Shown here: positions 49,897 through 60,085 of the stretch, piece by piece
Layout of the letters: every line of letters begins with the position of its first letter
How positions within the stretch are numbered: the first letter of the stretch is position 1
DNA from: an uncultured bacterium
GTDB lineage: Bacteria; Gemmatimonadota; Gemmatimonadetes; Gemmatimonadales; Gemmatimonadaceae
DNA: 64,000 nucleotides
NCBI GenBank assembly: GCA_963978095.1
Contig: CAXBQP010000001.1
Location: forward strand, 64,001-128,000
Direction of reading: 5' to 3'
Program-made: the position numbers and the translations under genes
The notes under the pieces: model-generated
The model's input: only the letters and a program-made list of their open reading frames with translations
Told to the model about the DNA's origin: nothing
The model's database searches: none

Positions 49897-50925
49897 CTAG
49901 GCGCCGTAGCAGTCCGCGATCGCCCGCAGCACGCGAGCCGTCGAGCCGACATCGTCCAAAGGGTTCCGCCGCAACCGATGCCGCAGCGCTTCCGGCGCGA
50001 TCGCGCGCAGATGCTCCAAGGTCACCTCTTTCTTTCCCTCCAGCGCGGCCCATGCCCGCGACGCCCGGAGCAGGGAGAGCTCGCCTCGCAGCCCGTCGGT
50101 GCCCAGTCGCGTGCACAACTCCGCCGCCCGCGCGAGCACCGCATCGGGCACCGCGACGTCGTGCACGCGCTTCCGCGCCCGCTCGAGGTGACGGCGGACC
50201 TTGCCATCCTCCTCCGCCCACTGCGCCACGAACCCCTCCGGGTCCCGGTCGAAGGCATCGCGACGACGCACCACCTCGATGCGCTGCGCGACCTCGTTGA
50301 CCGTGCTCACCTCGCACGACAAGCCGAAGCGATCGAGCAACTGTGGACGCAGATCCCCCTCCTCGGGATTTCCGCTGCCCACGAGCACGAACCGCGCCGG
50401 ATGCCGGATCGAGATCCCTTCCCGCTCCACGACGTTCTCCCCGGTCGCGGCCACGTCGAGCAGGAGGTCCACCAGGTGGTCCTCCAGCAGGTTGATCTCA
50501 TCCACGTACAGAAACCCGCGATGGGCGCGCGCCAGGAGGCCCGGCTCGAAGGCTTTTTCGCCCCGCGTCAGCGCGCGCTCCAAATCCAGTGCGCCCACCA
50601 CCCGATCCTCCGTGGCTCCGAGGGGCAAGTCCACGACCGGCACCGGCACCTTCGACGCCCGGAGGCGCTCGCCGGCGGCGAGCTGGGCGCGGCAGTCGAC
50701 GCACGCCGATCCTCCGGCATCCGGCGCACAGCCGTAGCGACACCCCTCGACCACCGCCATCGATGGGAGCAAGGCCGGCAGCGCGCGCACCACCGTCGAC
50801 TTCGCCGTGCCACGGTGGCCGAGGATCAGGACGCCACCGATCGCGGGATCCACGGTCGCGAGCAGGATCGCCCGCTTCATCGCTTCCTGCCCTACGATCG
50901 CCGAAAACGGAAAAACCGGTCGCAC
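49897..50925 (-). CDS. bchI: Magnesium chelatase subunit I
   Basis: [52 protein letters not shown]. Confidence 0.97.
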   Translation of the reverse strand: MRPVFPFSAIVGQEAMKRAILLATVDPAIGGVLILGHRGTAKSTVVRALPALLPSMAVVEGCRYGCAPDAGGSACVDCRAQLAAGERLRASKVPVPVVDLPLGATEDRVVGALDLERALTRGEKAFEPGLLARAHRGFLYVDEINLLEDHLVDLLLDVAATGENVVEREGISIRHPARFVLVGSGNPEEGDLRPQLLDRFGLSCEVSTVNEVAQRIEVVRRRDAFDRDPEGFVAQWAEEDGKVRRHLERARKRVHDVAVPDAVLARAAELCTRLGTDGLRGELSLLRASRAWAALEGKKEVTLEHLRAIAPEALRHRLRRNPLDDVGSTARVLRAIADCYGA

Positions 50926-50974
50926 TGGCCCCTTCCGGTTGAAGTCGAAGTCACAGTCCGTGAGTTGGTGGGTT

Positions 50975-51003
50975 AGTCTATAGTTGAGGCGGCGGTGTCG
51001 CAA
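50975..51003 (-). promoter_or_regulatory. Putative sigma70 promoter of bchI
   Basis: Minus strand TTGCGA (51003-50998), 17 bp, TAGACT (50980-50975). Confidence 0.55.
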
Positions 51004-51038
51004 CATCCTGACACTTTCTTTGTCCCTCTCTCTTGACA
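50996..51038. promoter_or_regulatory. Tandem PpsR/CrtJ operators between bchI and crtF
   Basis: TGTcgcaacatcctgACA (50996-51013) and TGTccctctctcttgACA (51021-51038), both TGTc-N10-gACA, 7 bp apart. Confidence 0.85.
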
Positions 51039-51061
51039 CAACGCGCGCCATGCCCTAATCT
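51033..51061 (+). promoter_or_regulatory. Sigma70 promoter of crtF
   Basis: TTGACA (51033-51038), 17 bp, TAATCT (51056-51061). Confidence 0.7.
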
Positions 51062-51144
51062 CGGTCGAGACTACGCGGGCCCACGTTCCACGCCCTCCAC
51101 TCTGCACCTGAGAGTTCTTGACCGCGATGGGCGTCCGGGAGTCG

Positions 51145-52302
51145 ATGCTTAATGGCGTAAGCGTCAGCATTCCAAGCGCTGACCTGCCACTGACCTTGTC
51201 CGACCGCTGGCTGGCGTGGCGGGACCGGATTCAAGGCAGCGAGCGATTTCAGCGATGGGCCGCGTCGTTCCCCCTGACCCGCCCCATCGCGCTCGCCCGC
51301 TCGCGCGCCCTCTTCGATCTCACCGCTGGGTTCGTCTACACACAGACGCTCACCGCCTGCGTCCAGATCGGACTGTTCGAGTTCCTCGCGGAAAAGCCCC
51401 GGACCTTGGCCGAGGTGGCCAACCACGCCAGCCTCCCGCTTGAGGAGACGGGGCGTCTGCTGCGGGCCGCCATGGCCCTCAAGCTGGTCCAGGAGCGCTC
51501 GCATAAGCGATTCGGCAACGGCCCGCTGGGCGCGCCGATGATCGGGAACACGGCGCTCCACCGGATGATCGAACACAACGCGCTCCTCTACAACGATCTG
51601 CGCAACCCGGTCGAGATGCTCCGGAGCGCCGGCCCGCGCAATCGGCTCGTGCTCGATGCCTTTCCCTACACGAGCGTTGCCAACCCCGAGACCTTCCAGC
51701 GCAGCGTCGTCGAAGAATACTCGCGGCTTATGGCCGACACCGTCGAGCCGATCGCGCGCGAACTCCTCGACACCTACCCGCTGGACGGGGTCACCTCACT
51801 GCTCGACATCGGCGGAGGCGAAGGGTCCTTCTGCGCCGCGGTCGCCGCTCGGTACCTGGACATCAAACTCGGCCTCTTCGACCTCCCCGCCGTCATCGAG
51901 GGGGCCCGGCCTCGACTCGAGAAGCTGGGCGTCGAAGGTCGGGTCACCTGCCATGGCGGGAACTTTCACGCCGATACGCTTCCGCAAGGGCACCAGATCA
52001 TCACCCTGCTGCGCGTGCTGCTGGACCACGACGACACCGCGGTCCTCAAGCTCTTGCAGAAGGTGCGTGGCGCGGTCGCGCGTGGGGGGCGAGTCCTGAT
52101 CGTCGAGCCGTTCGCCGGCGTCCCCGGCGCCGAAGTGGTGGGTGACGTCTATTTCGGCTTCTACCTGCGGGCCATGGGACGCGGGCGGGCGCGGACCATC
52201 GACGAACTCCGCACCCTGCTGTCCGCGGCTGGCTTCTCGTCGGTCCGGGTGGTGAAAACACGCTATCCCGTCTACGCGGGCATGTTGGTGGCGGAGCCCT
52301 AG
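51145..52302 (+). CDS. crtF: Hydroxyneurosporene/carotenoid O-methyltransferase
   Basis: FQRWAASFPLTRPIA..LFDLTAGFVYTQ N-terminus, LLDIGGGEG, YFGFYLRAMGRGRAR. Located upstream of bchC. Confidence 0.92.
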   Translation: MLNGVSVSIPSADLPLTLSDRWLAWRDRIQGSERFQRWAASFPLTRPIALARSRALFDLTAGFVYTQTLTACVQIGLFEFLAEKPRTLAEVANHASLPLEETGRLLRAAMALKLVQERSHKRFGNGPLGAPMIGNTALHRMIEHNALLYNDLRNPVEMLRSAGPRNRLVLDAFPYTSVANPETFQRSVVEEYSRLMADTVEPIARELLDTYPLDGVTSLLDIGGGEGSFCAAVAARYLDIKLGLFDLPAVIEGARPRLEKLGVEGRVTCHGGNFHADTLPQGHQIITLLRVLLDHDDTAVLKLLQKVRGAVARGGRVLIVEPFAGVPGAEVVGDVYFGFYLRAMGRGRARTIDELRTLLSAAGFSSVRVVKTRYPVYAGMLVAEP

Positions 52303-52373
52303 CCCCGCGCGACTCGCCACCCGCTGATCTCGGCTCTAGCACGCTCCACCAGAACGACGTAGTATTGAATGTC

Positions 52374-52417
52374 TGTCAGCTTTTTGAGACGATTTTTATT
52401 GTAAGCGTTTGTTTACA
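52374..52417. promoter_or_regulatory. Tandem PpsR/CrtJ operators upstream of bchC
   Basis: TGTcagctttttgagACG (52374-52391, one mismatch) and TGTaagcgtttgtttACA (52400-52417), 8 bp apart. Confidence 0.8.
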
Positions 52418-52440
52418 TCGCTCGCCCATCCAGGAGTGCT

Positions 52441-53388
52441 TTGGAAGCTCTCGCCGTCGTTTTCGATCAACCCGAACACCTGTCACTGCGTCGACTGCCC
52501 CTCACGGCAGCCGCGGAGACGGACGTGGTCGTGCAGGTCGATTACACGAGCATCAGCGCGGGCACGGAGCGCATGTTCTGGCGCGGGCGCATGCCCCCGT
52601 TCCCCGGCTTCGGGTACCCCCTCGTCCCAGGCTACGAGGCGGTCGGTCGCATCATCCAAGCGGGACCGCAGTCGGGACGCCACGAGGGCGAGTTGGTCTT
52701 CGTCCCGGGCTCCAGCGGCTTCGACGGGGTGCGCGGCCTCTTTGGCGCCGCCGCCTCGCGACTCGTCGTCCCGGGACGTCGCGTCATTGCGATCGAAGAT
52801 TCGCTCGGGGAGCGCGCCGTTTTGCTCGCGCTCGCCGCGACCGCGTACCACGGCTTGGCGGGCCCTGCCGCCAAACGGCTTCCGGATCTCATCATCGGCC
52901 ACGGCACCTTCGGTCGCCTCGCCGCGCGATTGTGTCGTGCCCTCGATCCGTCCATCAATCCGGTGGTGTGGGAGCGTGATCCGCGTCGTGCCGCGGGCGC
53001 CGACGGCTATCGCGTCATCAGCGCCGAACAGGATGAGCGGCGTGACTACGCCTGCATCTTCGAGGCCAGCGGAGACGCCAGCCTCATGGAACCCATGATC
53101 GGCCGCCTGCGCCGAAACGGGGAGATCGTCCTCGCCGGCTTCTACTGCGATCCGATCACGTTCGGATTCCTGTCGGCCTTTCACAAAGAGATCGAGATGC
53201 GGATCACGGCCGAGTGGGGAGCGAACGACCTGCAAGCGGTCACCCAACTCCTCAAGGACGGCCGCCTCTCCTTCGAAGGGCTCATCACCCATCAGCGTGA
53301 TGCGCAACAGGCCACCGAAGCGTACGGGATGGCCTTTGACGATCCGAACTGCATCAAGATGATCCTCGACTGGAGGCAGTCCGCGTGA
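52441..53388 (+). CDS. bchC: 3-hydroxyethyl bacteriochlorophyllide a dehydrogenase
   Basis: ISAGTERMFWRGRMPPFPGFGYPLVPGYE, LALAATAYH, KMILDW. TTG start with AGGAG. Confidence 0.96.
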   Translation: MEALAVVFDQPEHLSLRRLPLTAAAETDVVVQVDYTSISAGTERMFWRGRMPPFPGFGYPLVPGYEAVGRIIQAGPQSGRHEGELVFVPGSSGFDGVRGLFGAAASRLVVPGRRVIAIEDSLGERAVLLALAATAYHGLAGPAAKRLPDLIIGHGTFGRLAARLCRALDPSINPVVWERDPRRAAGADGYRVISAEQDERRDYACIFEASGDASLMEPMIGRLRRNGEIVLAGFYCDPITFGFLSAFHKEIEMRITAEWGANDLQAVTQLLKDGRLSFEGLITHQRDAQQATEAYGMAFDDPNCIKMILDWRQSA

Positions 53389-54401
53389 GCCAGAAGAACC
53401 CCGCTGGACCGGAAGCGCTGGTGCAGCTCCACCGGAACATGCGCGCCGAAGCGGCGAGCGAGCCGCGGGCGGTCCACACCTCGCCGGCAACGAAAGAAAC
53501 ACAGATCATCGCCATCTACGGAAAAGGCGGGATCGGCAAGAGCTTCACGCTCGCCAATCTCTCGTACATGATGGCGCAGCAGGGGAAGAAGGTCCTCCTC
53601 ATCGGCTGCGATCCCAAGAGCGACACGACCTCGTTGCTCTTCGGCGGACGCGCCTGCCCCACGATCATCGAGACCTCGAGCAAGAAGAAACTCGCGGGTG
53701 AAGAAGTCTCGATCGGTGATGTCTGCTTCAAGCGCGACGGCGTGTTCGCCATGGAGCTCGGCGGCCCGGAAGTCGGACGCGGGTGTGGCGGACGCGGCAT
53801 CATCCACGGCTTCGAACTGCTCGAGAAGCTGGGCTTCCACGAGTGGGGCTTCGACTACGTACTCCTCGACTTCCTGGGCGACGTCGTCTGCGGCGGATTC
53901 GGCTTGCCGATCGCGCGCGACATGTGCCAGAAGGTCATCGTCGTCGGATCCAACGACCTGCAGTCGCTGTACGTCGCGAACAACGTGTGCTCTGCGGTCG
54001 AATATTTCCGCAAGCTCGGTGGCAACGTCGGCGTGGCCGGCATGGTCATCAACAAGGACGACGGCACCGGCGAGGCGGCCGCCTTCGCCGAGAGGGTGGG
54101 CATCCCGGTGCTCAGCGCGATCCCGGCGCACGAGGACATCCGTCGCAAGAGCGCGAACTACGAGATCATCGGCAAGCCCGGAACGATGTGGGCGCCGGTG
54201 TTCGAGACGTTGGCGCGCAACGTCGCCGACGCCCCTCCGGTGCGCCCCAGACCGCTCGCCCAGGACGATCTGCTCGGACTCTTCGCCGGCGACGTCGTCG
54301 GGCGCCATGTCATTTTGACGCCGGCCACGACCTTCGACATGGTCGGGCGCAATGATGTCGCGAAGCCCACGCTCGAAGTCGTCTACGACGCGGCGGTCTG
54401 A
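53385..54401 (+). CDS. bchX: Chlorophyllide a reductase iron protein
   Basis: YGKGGIGKS, GCDPKSD, GGPEVGRGCGGRG, FLGDVVCGGF, SNDLQSLY. Confidence 0.97.
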   Translation: MSQKNPAGPEALVQLHRNMRAEAASEPRAVHTSPATKETQIIAIYGKGGIGKSFTLANLSYMMAQQGKKVLLIGCDPKSDTTSLLFGGRACPTIIETSSKKKLAGEEVSIGDVCFKRDGVFAMELGGPEVGRGCGGRGIIHGFELLEKLGFHEWGFDYVLLDFLGDVVCGGFGLPIARDMCQKVIVVGSNDLQSLYVANNVCSAVEYFRKLGGNVGVAGMVINKDDGTGEAAAFAERVGIPVLSAIPAHEDIRRKSANYEIIGKPGTMWAPVFETLARNVADAPPVRPRPLAQDDLLGLFAGDVVGRHVILTPATTFDMVGRNDVAKPTLEVVYDAAV

Positions 54402-54403
54402 AC

Positions 54404-55936
54404 GTGGCGTCCTCTTCCCTTCCCATTCTCGGTCAGGACCCGACACTCGCGGTCGGGACCGACGGCCGGGGGTGCCACGCCGGCGCCGCCGAGCTGCACG
54501 CGGCGGCGAAGGCCGCGGGGAAGAGTGACACACTGCACCAGTACGCCAAGGACTACCCCAAGGGGCCGCACGATCAGCCCCAATCGATGTGCCCGGCCTT
54601 CGGCTCCTTGCGGGTGGGACTCCGCATGCGGCGCACCGCGACCGTCCTCAGCGGATCGGCCTGCTGCGTGTACGGCCTGACCTTCACCTCGCATTTCTAC
54701 GGGGCGCGACGCACCGTGGGATACGTCCCCTTCAACTCCGAGACTTTGGTCACCGGCAAGTTGTTCGAGGATATCCGCGAGGCGGTGTACAAGCTCGCCG
54801 ACCCGGCGGACTACGACGCCATCGTGATCACGAACCTCTGCGTGCCGACCGCCAGCGGCGTACCGCTCCAGTTGCTCCCCAAGGAGATCAACGGCGTACG
54901 CATCATCGGCATCGACGTGCCGGGATTCGGCGTGCCGACGCACGCCGAGGCCAAGGACGTGCTGGCCGGCGCGATGCTCAAGTACGCCAGAACGGAAGCG
55001 GAACTCGGTCCGGTCGCTGCGCCGCGCGGCGGCAAGTCCCAGAAGCCCACGATCACGCTCTTGGGTGAGATGTTCCCCGCGGACCCGGTCGGCATCGGCA
55101 TGATGCTTGAACCGCTCGGGCTCGCGGCCGGCCCGGTCGTCCCGACGCGCGAGTGGCGTGAGCTGTATGCGGCCCTGGACTGCGCGGCGGTCGCCGCGAT
55201 TCATCCGTTCTACGCCGCGAGTATTCGTGAGTTCCAGGGCGCGGGACGCCGCGTGGTGGGCTCTGCGCCGGTCGGACACGAAGGCACGGATGCATGGTTG
55301 CAGTCGATCGGCAACGCCGCCGGGGTTCCCCAACGGCAGGTGGACGCCGCCCGGAATCGGTTCTTGCCCGCCATCAAAGCCGCCCTCACGGCGACGCCGA
55401 TTCGCGGCCGCATCACGATGAGCGGCTACGAAGGCTCGGAGTTGTTGGTCGCGCGCCTCTTGGTGGAAAGTGGCGCCGACGTCCGCTACGTGGGCACCGC
55501 GACTCCACGCGCGGAGTGGAGCGACACGGATCGCGCGTGGCTCGAGGCGAACGGCGTGCATGTCCAGTTCCGGGCGTCGCTCGAGCAGGACCTCGCGGCG
55601 ATGCACGAGTTTTCGCCCGACTTGGCGATCGGGACCACGCCGGTGGTGCAGGCCGCCAAAGAGCGCTCCATTCCTGCGCTCTACTTCACCAATCTCATCT
55701 CGGCACGTCCGCTGATGGGCCCGGCAGGCGCTGGCTCGCTGGCCACGGTCATTAACGCCGCGATGGCGAACAAGTCGCGATTCCAGGAGATGAAGGCGTT
55801 CTTCGGCGACGTCGGTGAAGGTGCGAGTGCCGGGATCTGGGAGGATGTGCCGACCCCTCACCCGGAGTTCCGCGAGCACTACAAGCGGCATCTCAGCAAG
55901 GCCGCCAAGAAGCGGAAAGCCGAGGAGATGGTCTGA
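54404..55936 (+). CDS. bchY: Chlorophyllide a reductase subunit Y
   Basis: [42 protein letters not shown]. Confidence 0.97.
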   Translation: MASSSLPILGQDPTLAVGTDGRGCHAGAAELHAAAKAAGKSDTLHQYAKDYPKGPHDQPQSMCPAFGSLRVGLRMRRTATVLSGSACCVYGLTFTSHFYGARRTVGYVPFNSETLVTGKLFEDIREAVYKLADPADYDAIVITNLCVPTASGVPLQLLPKEINGVRIIGIDVPGFGVPTHAEAKDVLAGAMLKYARTEAELGPVAAPRGGKSQKPTITLLGEMFPADPVGIGMMLEPLGLAAGPVVPTREWRELYAALDCAAVAAIHPFYAASIREFQGAGRRVVGSAPVGHEGTDAWLQSIGNAAGVPQRQVDAARNRFLPAIKAALTATPIRGRITMSGYEGSELLVARLLVESGADVRYVGTATPRAEWSDTDRAWLEANGVHVQFRASLEQDLAAMHEFSPDLAIGTTPVVQAAKERSIPALYFTNLISARPLMGPAGAGSLATVINAAMANKSRFQEMKAFFGDVGEGASAGIWEDVPTPHPEFREHYKRHLSKAAKKRKAEEMV

Positions 55937-55988
55937 TGTCGCATCGCCACGGACGCGCTCTCACCCACCTCATCAGCGGAGGTCCCGG

Positions 55989-57443
55989 ATGCTAGTCCTG
56001 GATCACGACCGCGCGGGTGGGTACTGGGGCGCCGTGTACGTCTTCACGGCCATCAAGGGGCTCCAGGTGGTGATCGACGGCCCCGTGGGCTGCGAGAACC
56101 TCCCGGTGACCTCGGTGTTGCACTACACCGACGGTCTGCCGCCCCATGAGTTGCCGATCGTCGTCACCGGTCTTGGCGAGGAACAGCTCGGCCGCGAAGG
56201 GACCGAAGGATCGATGAAGCGCGCCCACGCGGTACTCGACCCCGAGTTGCCGGCGGTCGTCGTCACCGGATCCATCGCCGAAATGATCGGTGGCGGCGTG
56301 ACGCCCGAGGGGACCAACATCCAGCGGTTCCTCCCGCGCACGATCGACGAAGACCAGTGGCAGTGTGCCAATCGGGCGATGTACTGGCTGTGGACCGAGT
56401 ACGGCCTCAAGCGCGGCCAGGCGCCGGAGCGCGAGGCCAAGAAGCCGGGCGACAAGCCGCGGGTGAACATCATCGGCCCCGCGTACGGAACCTTCAACGT
56501 GCCCAGTGACCTGGCCGAGATCCGCCGCTTGGTCGAGGGGATCGGCGCCGAGGTCAATCTGGTCTTCCCGCTCACCAGTCACTTGGCCGACGTGCCGAAG
56601 CTGGTGAACGCCGACGTGAACATCTGCATGTACCGCGAGTTCGGTCGCATGCTGTGTGAAGCGCTCGACCGTCCGTACCTGCAGGCGCCGATCGGCCTCC
56701 ACAGCACGACCAAGTTCCTGCGCGCACTCGGCGAGTTGCTCGGTCTCGATCCGGAGCCGTTCATCGAGAAGGAGAAGCACACCACCATCAAACCGGTGTG
56801 GGACCTGTGGCGCTCGGTGACGCAGGACTTCTTCGGTACCGCCACGTTCGCCATCGTCGCGAACGAGACCTATGCCCGTGGCGTGCGGAACTTTCTCGAG
56901 GTGGAACTCGGACTCCCCTGCACCTTCAGCGTGTCACGAAAGCCCGGGCAGAAGACCGACAACGACGCGGTACGCACGCTCGTGAAGGAGAAGCCGCCGC
57001 TGATCCTGTTCGGGTCGTACAATGAACGGATGTACCTGGCGGAAGCCGGCGGTCGCGGGATGTACATCCCGGCGTCGTTCCCTGGCGCGATCATCCGGCG
57101 CCATACCGGCACGCCGTTCATGGGCTACTCCGGCGCCACGTATCTGGTGCAGGAAGTGTGCAATGCGCTGTTCGACGCGCTCTTCCACATCCTGCCGCTC
57201 GGCACCGAACTCGACAAGGTGGATGCGACGCCGTCGCGCCTGCACCGCGAGATGCCCTGGGCGGATGATGCGAAAGTGACGCTGGACGAGATGGTGGACG
57301 GGCAGCCGGTACTCATTCGCATTTCCGTCGCGAAGCGCCTGCGCGACGCGGCGGAGAGTGACGCGCGGGAACTCGGCGACACCGTCGTGACCCGCGATCA
57401 TGTCCTGGCCTCACGGCGTGCGCTGGTGGGAACCAATGGCTGA
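55989..57443 (+). CDS. bchZ: Chlorophyllide a reductase subunit Z
   Basis: [43 protein letters not shown]. Confidence 0.97.
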   Translation: MLVLDHDRAGGYWGAVYVFTAIKGLQVVIDGPVGCENLPVTSVLHYTDGLPPHELPIVVTGLGEEQLGREGTEGSMKRAHAVLDPELPAVVVTGSIAEMIGGGVTPEGTNIQRFLPRTIDEDQWQCANRAMYWLWTEYGLKRGQAPEREAKKPGDKPRVNIIGPAYGTFNVPSDLAEIRRLVEGIGAEVNLVFPLTSHLADVPKLVNADVNICMYREFGRMLCEALDRPYLQAPIGLHSTTKFLRALGELLGLDPEPFIEKEKHTTIKPVWDLWRSVTQDFFGTATFAIVANETYARGVRNFLEVELGLPCTFSVSRKPGQKTDNDAVRTLVKEKPPLILFGSYNERMYLAEAGGRGMYIPASFPGAIIRRHTGTPFMGYSGATYLVQEVCNALFDALFHILPLGTELDKVDATPSRLHREMPWADDAKVTLDEMVDGQPVLIRISVAKRLRDAAESDARELGDTVVTRDHVLASRRALVGTNG

Positions 57444-58316
57444 GCGTCCGCTCCGCGTCAACGCCTCCCGGACCGCCGTGACGGCGACCATCGGCAACTC
57501 CTCGTGCAGGAGATGCCCCGCGTCCGGCACGACCGTCAGCGCCGCGCTGGGGATCCGTGACACCGCGGTGCGAATCGCCGCCAGCGGGATATATCCGTCC
57601 TGCGATCCGTGGAGCAGCGTGAGCGGAACGGCGAGCGTCGGCACGTCACGCAACAACGCCGGCAACTCGAAGTTCGCCATCATGACGAGTGCCGCGCGCA
57701 CATGGGGCTCGGAGCGCATGAATCGCTCGTACCAGGAGAGCGCGATGGCATCCACCCGTGAACCCGTCGCTGTCAGCAGGATGCGTGCGATGCCGGGGAC
57801 TCGCGCCAGCGACGTTGCCGTCCGGGCCGCCAGCGGCGACGTGATGAGCGGATTCACGATCGGTGCGGCGATCGTCAGGTACGATGCGTGCGGAGGCACG
57901 AGCGACGCACCGAAACCAACGAGCTCGCGCGCGCCGGGCAGCATCCCGTCGAGGGCCATGCGCAGCATGACCGCCGCACCAGCCGAATGGCCCGCGACAA
58001 CCACTGGCTCGAGCTGCAGGGTATCGAGCAGCGCGCGCACGGCATGGACCATCCCCGGTAATGACAGCGCGTCCTCGCTCGCCACGGTGAAGCCGTGTCC
58101 CGGAAGATCCGGCGCCACCACCGTGGCCGACGGCGCGAGCGCCGGCAGCACCTGCCGCCAGGTATGGGTCGCGGCCGCGGTCCCGTGCAAGAGCAGGACG
58201 ACAGGTCCCGTGCCCGTGATCTGGACGTGGAAATCGATGCCCGCCGCCCGGACGATGCGACTCGCGTCGACGTTCGGCAGGTCGGTGGGAATGGAAGCAG
58301 GGCGCGCGGTCGGCAT
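57411..58316 (-). CDS. bchO: BchO-like alpha/beta hydrolase
   Basis: [48 protein letters not shown], inside the PGC. Confidence 0.82.
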   Translation of the reverse strand: MPTARPASIPTDLPNVDASRIVRAAGIDFHVQITGTGPVVLLLHGTAAATHTWRQVLPALAPSATVVAPDLPGHGFTVASEDALSLPGMVHAVRALLDTLQLEPVVVAGHSAGAAVMLRMALDGMLPGARELVGFGASLVPPHASYLTIAAPIVNPLITSPLAARTATSLARVPGIARILLTATGSRVDAIALSWYERFMRSEPHVRAALVMMANFELPALLRDVPTLAVPLTLLHGSQDGYIPLAAIRTAVSRIPSAALTVVPDAGHLLHEELPMVAVTAVREALTRSGRSAIGSHQRTP

Positions 58317-58466
58317 TGGAGGTCGCGTGTCGGGCGGGATGAGGAATAGTACACCGTCGTCGCGTTTCCGGGTGCAAGCGACGACGAACCATCGGCACCC
58401 CGGGAGTGTTGCACTCCCCCCTGTCCGCGAGGGCGCGTTCGCGGAATCACTTTGCTCGGAGGAGCT

Positions 58467-58601
58467 ATGTCGCAGAACAACGGTATGACGGAAGAGGACG
58501 CAAAAGCGTTCCACGGCTACTTCATCATGATGATGAGCGTGTTCGTGGGTACGGCGATTGCGGCGCATCTGCTGATGTGGAGCTGGCGGCCCTGGTTCTG
58601 A
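58467..58601 (+). CDS. pufB: Light-harvesting beta subunit (not in the ORF track)
   Basis: Manual translation MSQNNGMTEEDAKAFHGYFIMMMSVFVGTAIAAHLLMWSWRPWF, AxxxH BChl ligand, WRPW, GGAGG RBS. Confidence 0.95.
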   Translation: MSQNNGMTEEDAKAFHGYFIMMMSVFVGTAIAAHLLMWSWRPWF

Positions 58602-58640
58602 TCGCCACTTCATCAATCACCTGAGACCTGAGGTTTCATT

Positions 58641-58805
58641 ATGCATCGAATTTGGGTTGGACTCGACCCGCGCGTGGTCCTGTCCTGCGTCGGATCATTC
58701 CTGACGATCACGGTTCTCGTGATGCACCTGTTTGCATTCAAGGCGCTGAACTGGCCGGGATCGATTTCGCAGAAGTATCCGGCTTACCACGCGCAGGCCA
58801 AGTAA
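58641..58805 (+). CDS. pufA: Light-harvesting alpha subunit, first copy, probable outer-ring (LHh) alpha (not in the ORF track)
   Basis: Manual translation MHRIWVGLDPRVVLSCVGSFLTITVLVMHLFAFKALNWPGSISQKYPAYHAQAK, with IW..DP, TM His and NW. GAGG RBS. Confidence 0.9.
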   Translation: MHRIWVGLDPRVVLSCVGSFLTITVLVMHLFAFKALNWPGSISQKYPAYHAQAK

Positions 58806-58822
58806 GCCGACCGTGACGCGAT

Positions 58823-58879
58823 GGAACTTGGAGAGAGTCTCGGGGGGTCCGAGACGGGCCACCCGGCCTCTCCGGTTCC
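58823..58879 (+). other. Branched intercistronic RNA structure between the two pufA genes
   Basis: Outer stem ggaac..ggagag / ctctcc..gttcc enclosing gtctcgg/ccgagac and a small ggg/ccc hairpin. Confidence 0.55.
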
Positions 58880-58906
58880 TCCGCCAAACAATCAGAGGAG
58901 ACAAGC

Positions 58907-59122
58907 ATGCATCGCATTTGGCTGGCCTTTGACCCGCGCAGGGTTCTGATCGCGCTGTTCGGGTTCCTCGGAGTGCTGGCGTTCCTGATCCACTTCATCC
59001 TGCTCAGCTCGAGCCGGTACTCGTGGATCGAGAATGGGACTCTCACGCCGGAGCAGCTCAAGCCGGCGGCGAGCGCTCCAGCAGCGACGGCCGAAATGGC
59101 CCCGTTGCCGCCCGGGCGGTAA
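58907..59122 (+). CDS. pufA: LH1 alpha subunit, second copy, with C-terminal extension
   Basis: [42 protein letters not shown] is a canonical LH1 alpha. Confidence 0.95.
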   Translation: MHRIWLAFDPRRVLIALFGFLGVLAFLIHFILLSSSRYSWIENGTLTPEQLKPAASAPAATAEMAPLPPGR

Positions 59123-59134
59123 GTGGTCGTATGT

Positions 59135-59192
59135 GACTGACGGAGGGACGGCGTACGTGGTGGTGCCGCCGTTCGCCTTCCCTCCGTCGGTC
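59135..59192 (+). other. pufA-pufL intercistronic stem-loop
   Basis: gactgacggaggga / tccctccgtcggtc stem (one G-U) with inner cggcg/cgccg. Confidence 0.65.
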
Positions 59193-59248
59193 CCGCTCTA
59201 CCTCCACCGCGCAGTGCAGGCGGGGATCCGACTTTCGGAGACTGACTC

Positions 59249-60073
59249 ATGGCAATGCTAAGTTTCGAGAAGAAGTACCGGGTACGCGGGGGCACGCTGA
59301 TCGGAGGCGACCTGTTCGATTTCTGGTTCGGGCCGTTCTACGTCGGCTTCTTCGGCGTCACTGCCGTCTTCTTCATCACACTTGGGACCCTACTCTGCGT
59401 CTATGCCGCCGCAATCGGCCCGACGTGGAACATCTGGCAGATCAACATCGCACCGCCCGACCTGAAATACGGTCTGGGGTTCGCGCCGCTCAAGGAGGGT
59501 GGGCTCTGGCAGCTCATCACCCTCTGCGCGACTGGCGCGTTCGTCAGCTGGGCGCTGCGGCAGGCGGAGATCGCGCGCAAGCTGGGCATGGGCATGCACA
59601 TCCCGTGGGCCTACGGCGTCGCGGTATTCGCCTACGTCACACTTGTCATCATTCGTCCGGTTCTCCTGGGCGCGTGGGGACACGGGTTCCCGTACGGCAT
59701 CTTCAGTCATCTCGACTGGGTGTCGAATGTCGGGTATCAGTATCTCCATTTCCATTACAACCCGGCTCACATGCTGGGCGTGACTTTCTTCTTCACCACG
59801 TGCCTCGCGCTCGCGATGCACGGGTCACTCATCCTGTCGGTGACCAACCCGCCGAAGGGTGAACCGGTGAAGACCAGTGAGCACGAAAACGTGTTCTTCC
59901 GCGACTTGGTCGGATACTCGATCGGCGCGATCGGCATCCACCGCCTCGGTCTCTTCCTGGCGCTGTCTGCCGGCATCTGGAGCGCGATCTGCATCGTGAT
60001 CTCCGGGCCGCTGTGGACCAAGGGATGGCCGGAATGGTGGTCCTGGTGGCTCAACCTTCCCATCTGGCGCTAA
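59249..60073 (+). CDS. pufL: Photosynthetic reaction centre L subunit
   Basis: [45 protein letters not shown]. Confidence 0.99.
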   Translation: MAMLSFEKKYRVRGGTLIGGDLFDFWFGPFYVGFFGVTAVFFITLGTLLCVYAAAIGPTWNIWQINIAPPDLKYGLGFAPLKEGGLWQLITLCATGAFVSWALRQAEIARKLGMGMHIPWAYGVAVFAYVTLVIIRPVLLGAWGHGFPYGIFSHLDWVSNVGYQYLHFHYNPAHMLGVTFFFTTCLALAMHGSLILSVTNPPKGEPVKTSEHENVFFRDLVGYSIGAIGIHRLGLFLALSAGIWSAICIVISGPLWTKGWPEWWSWWLNLPIWR

Positions 60074-60085
60074 GGGGACTGACCC

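Noticed and set aside
53385..57443. Nitrogenase-like (NifH/D/K) genes
   Set aside because: Motifs and context identify them as BchXYZ chlorophyllide reductase.
58317..58466. Search for pufQ or a PpsR site upstream of pufB, and for pufX after pufM
   Set aside because: No matching ORF or TGT-N12-ACA was found, and pufM is followed directly by pufC.
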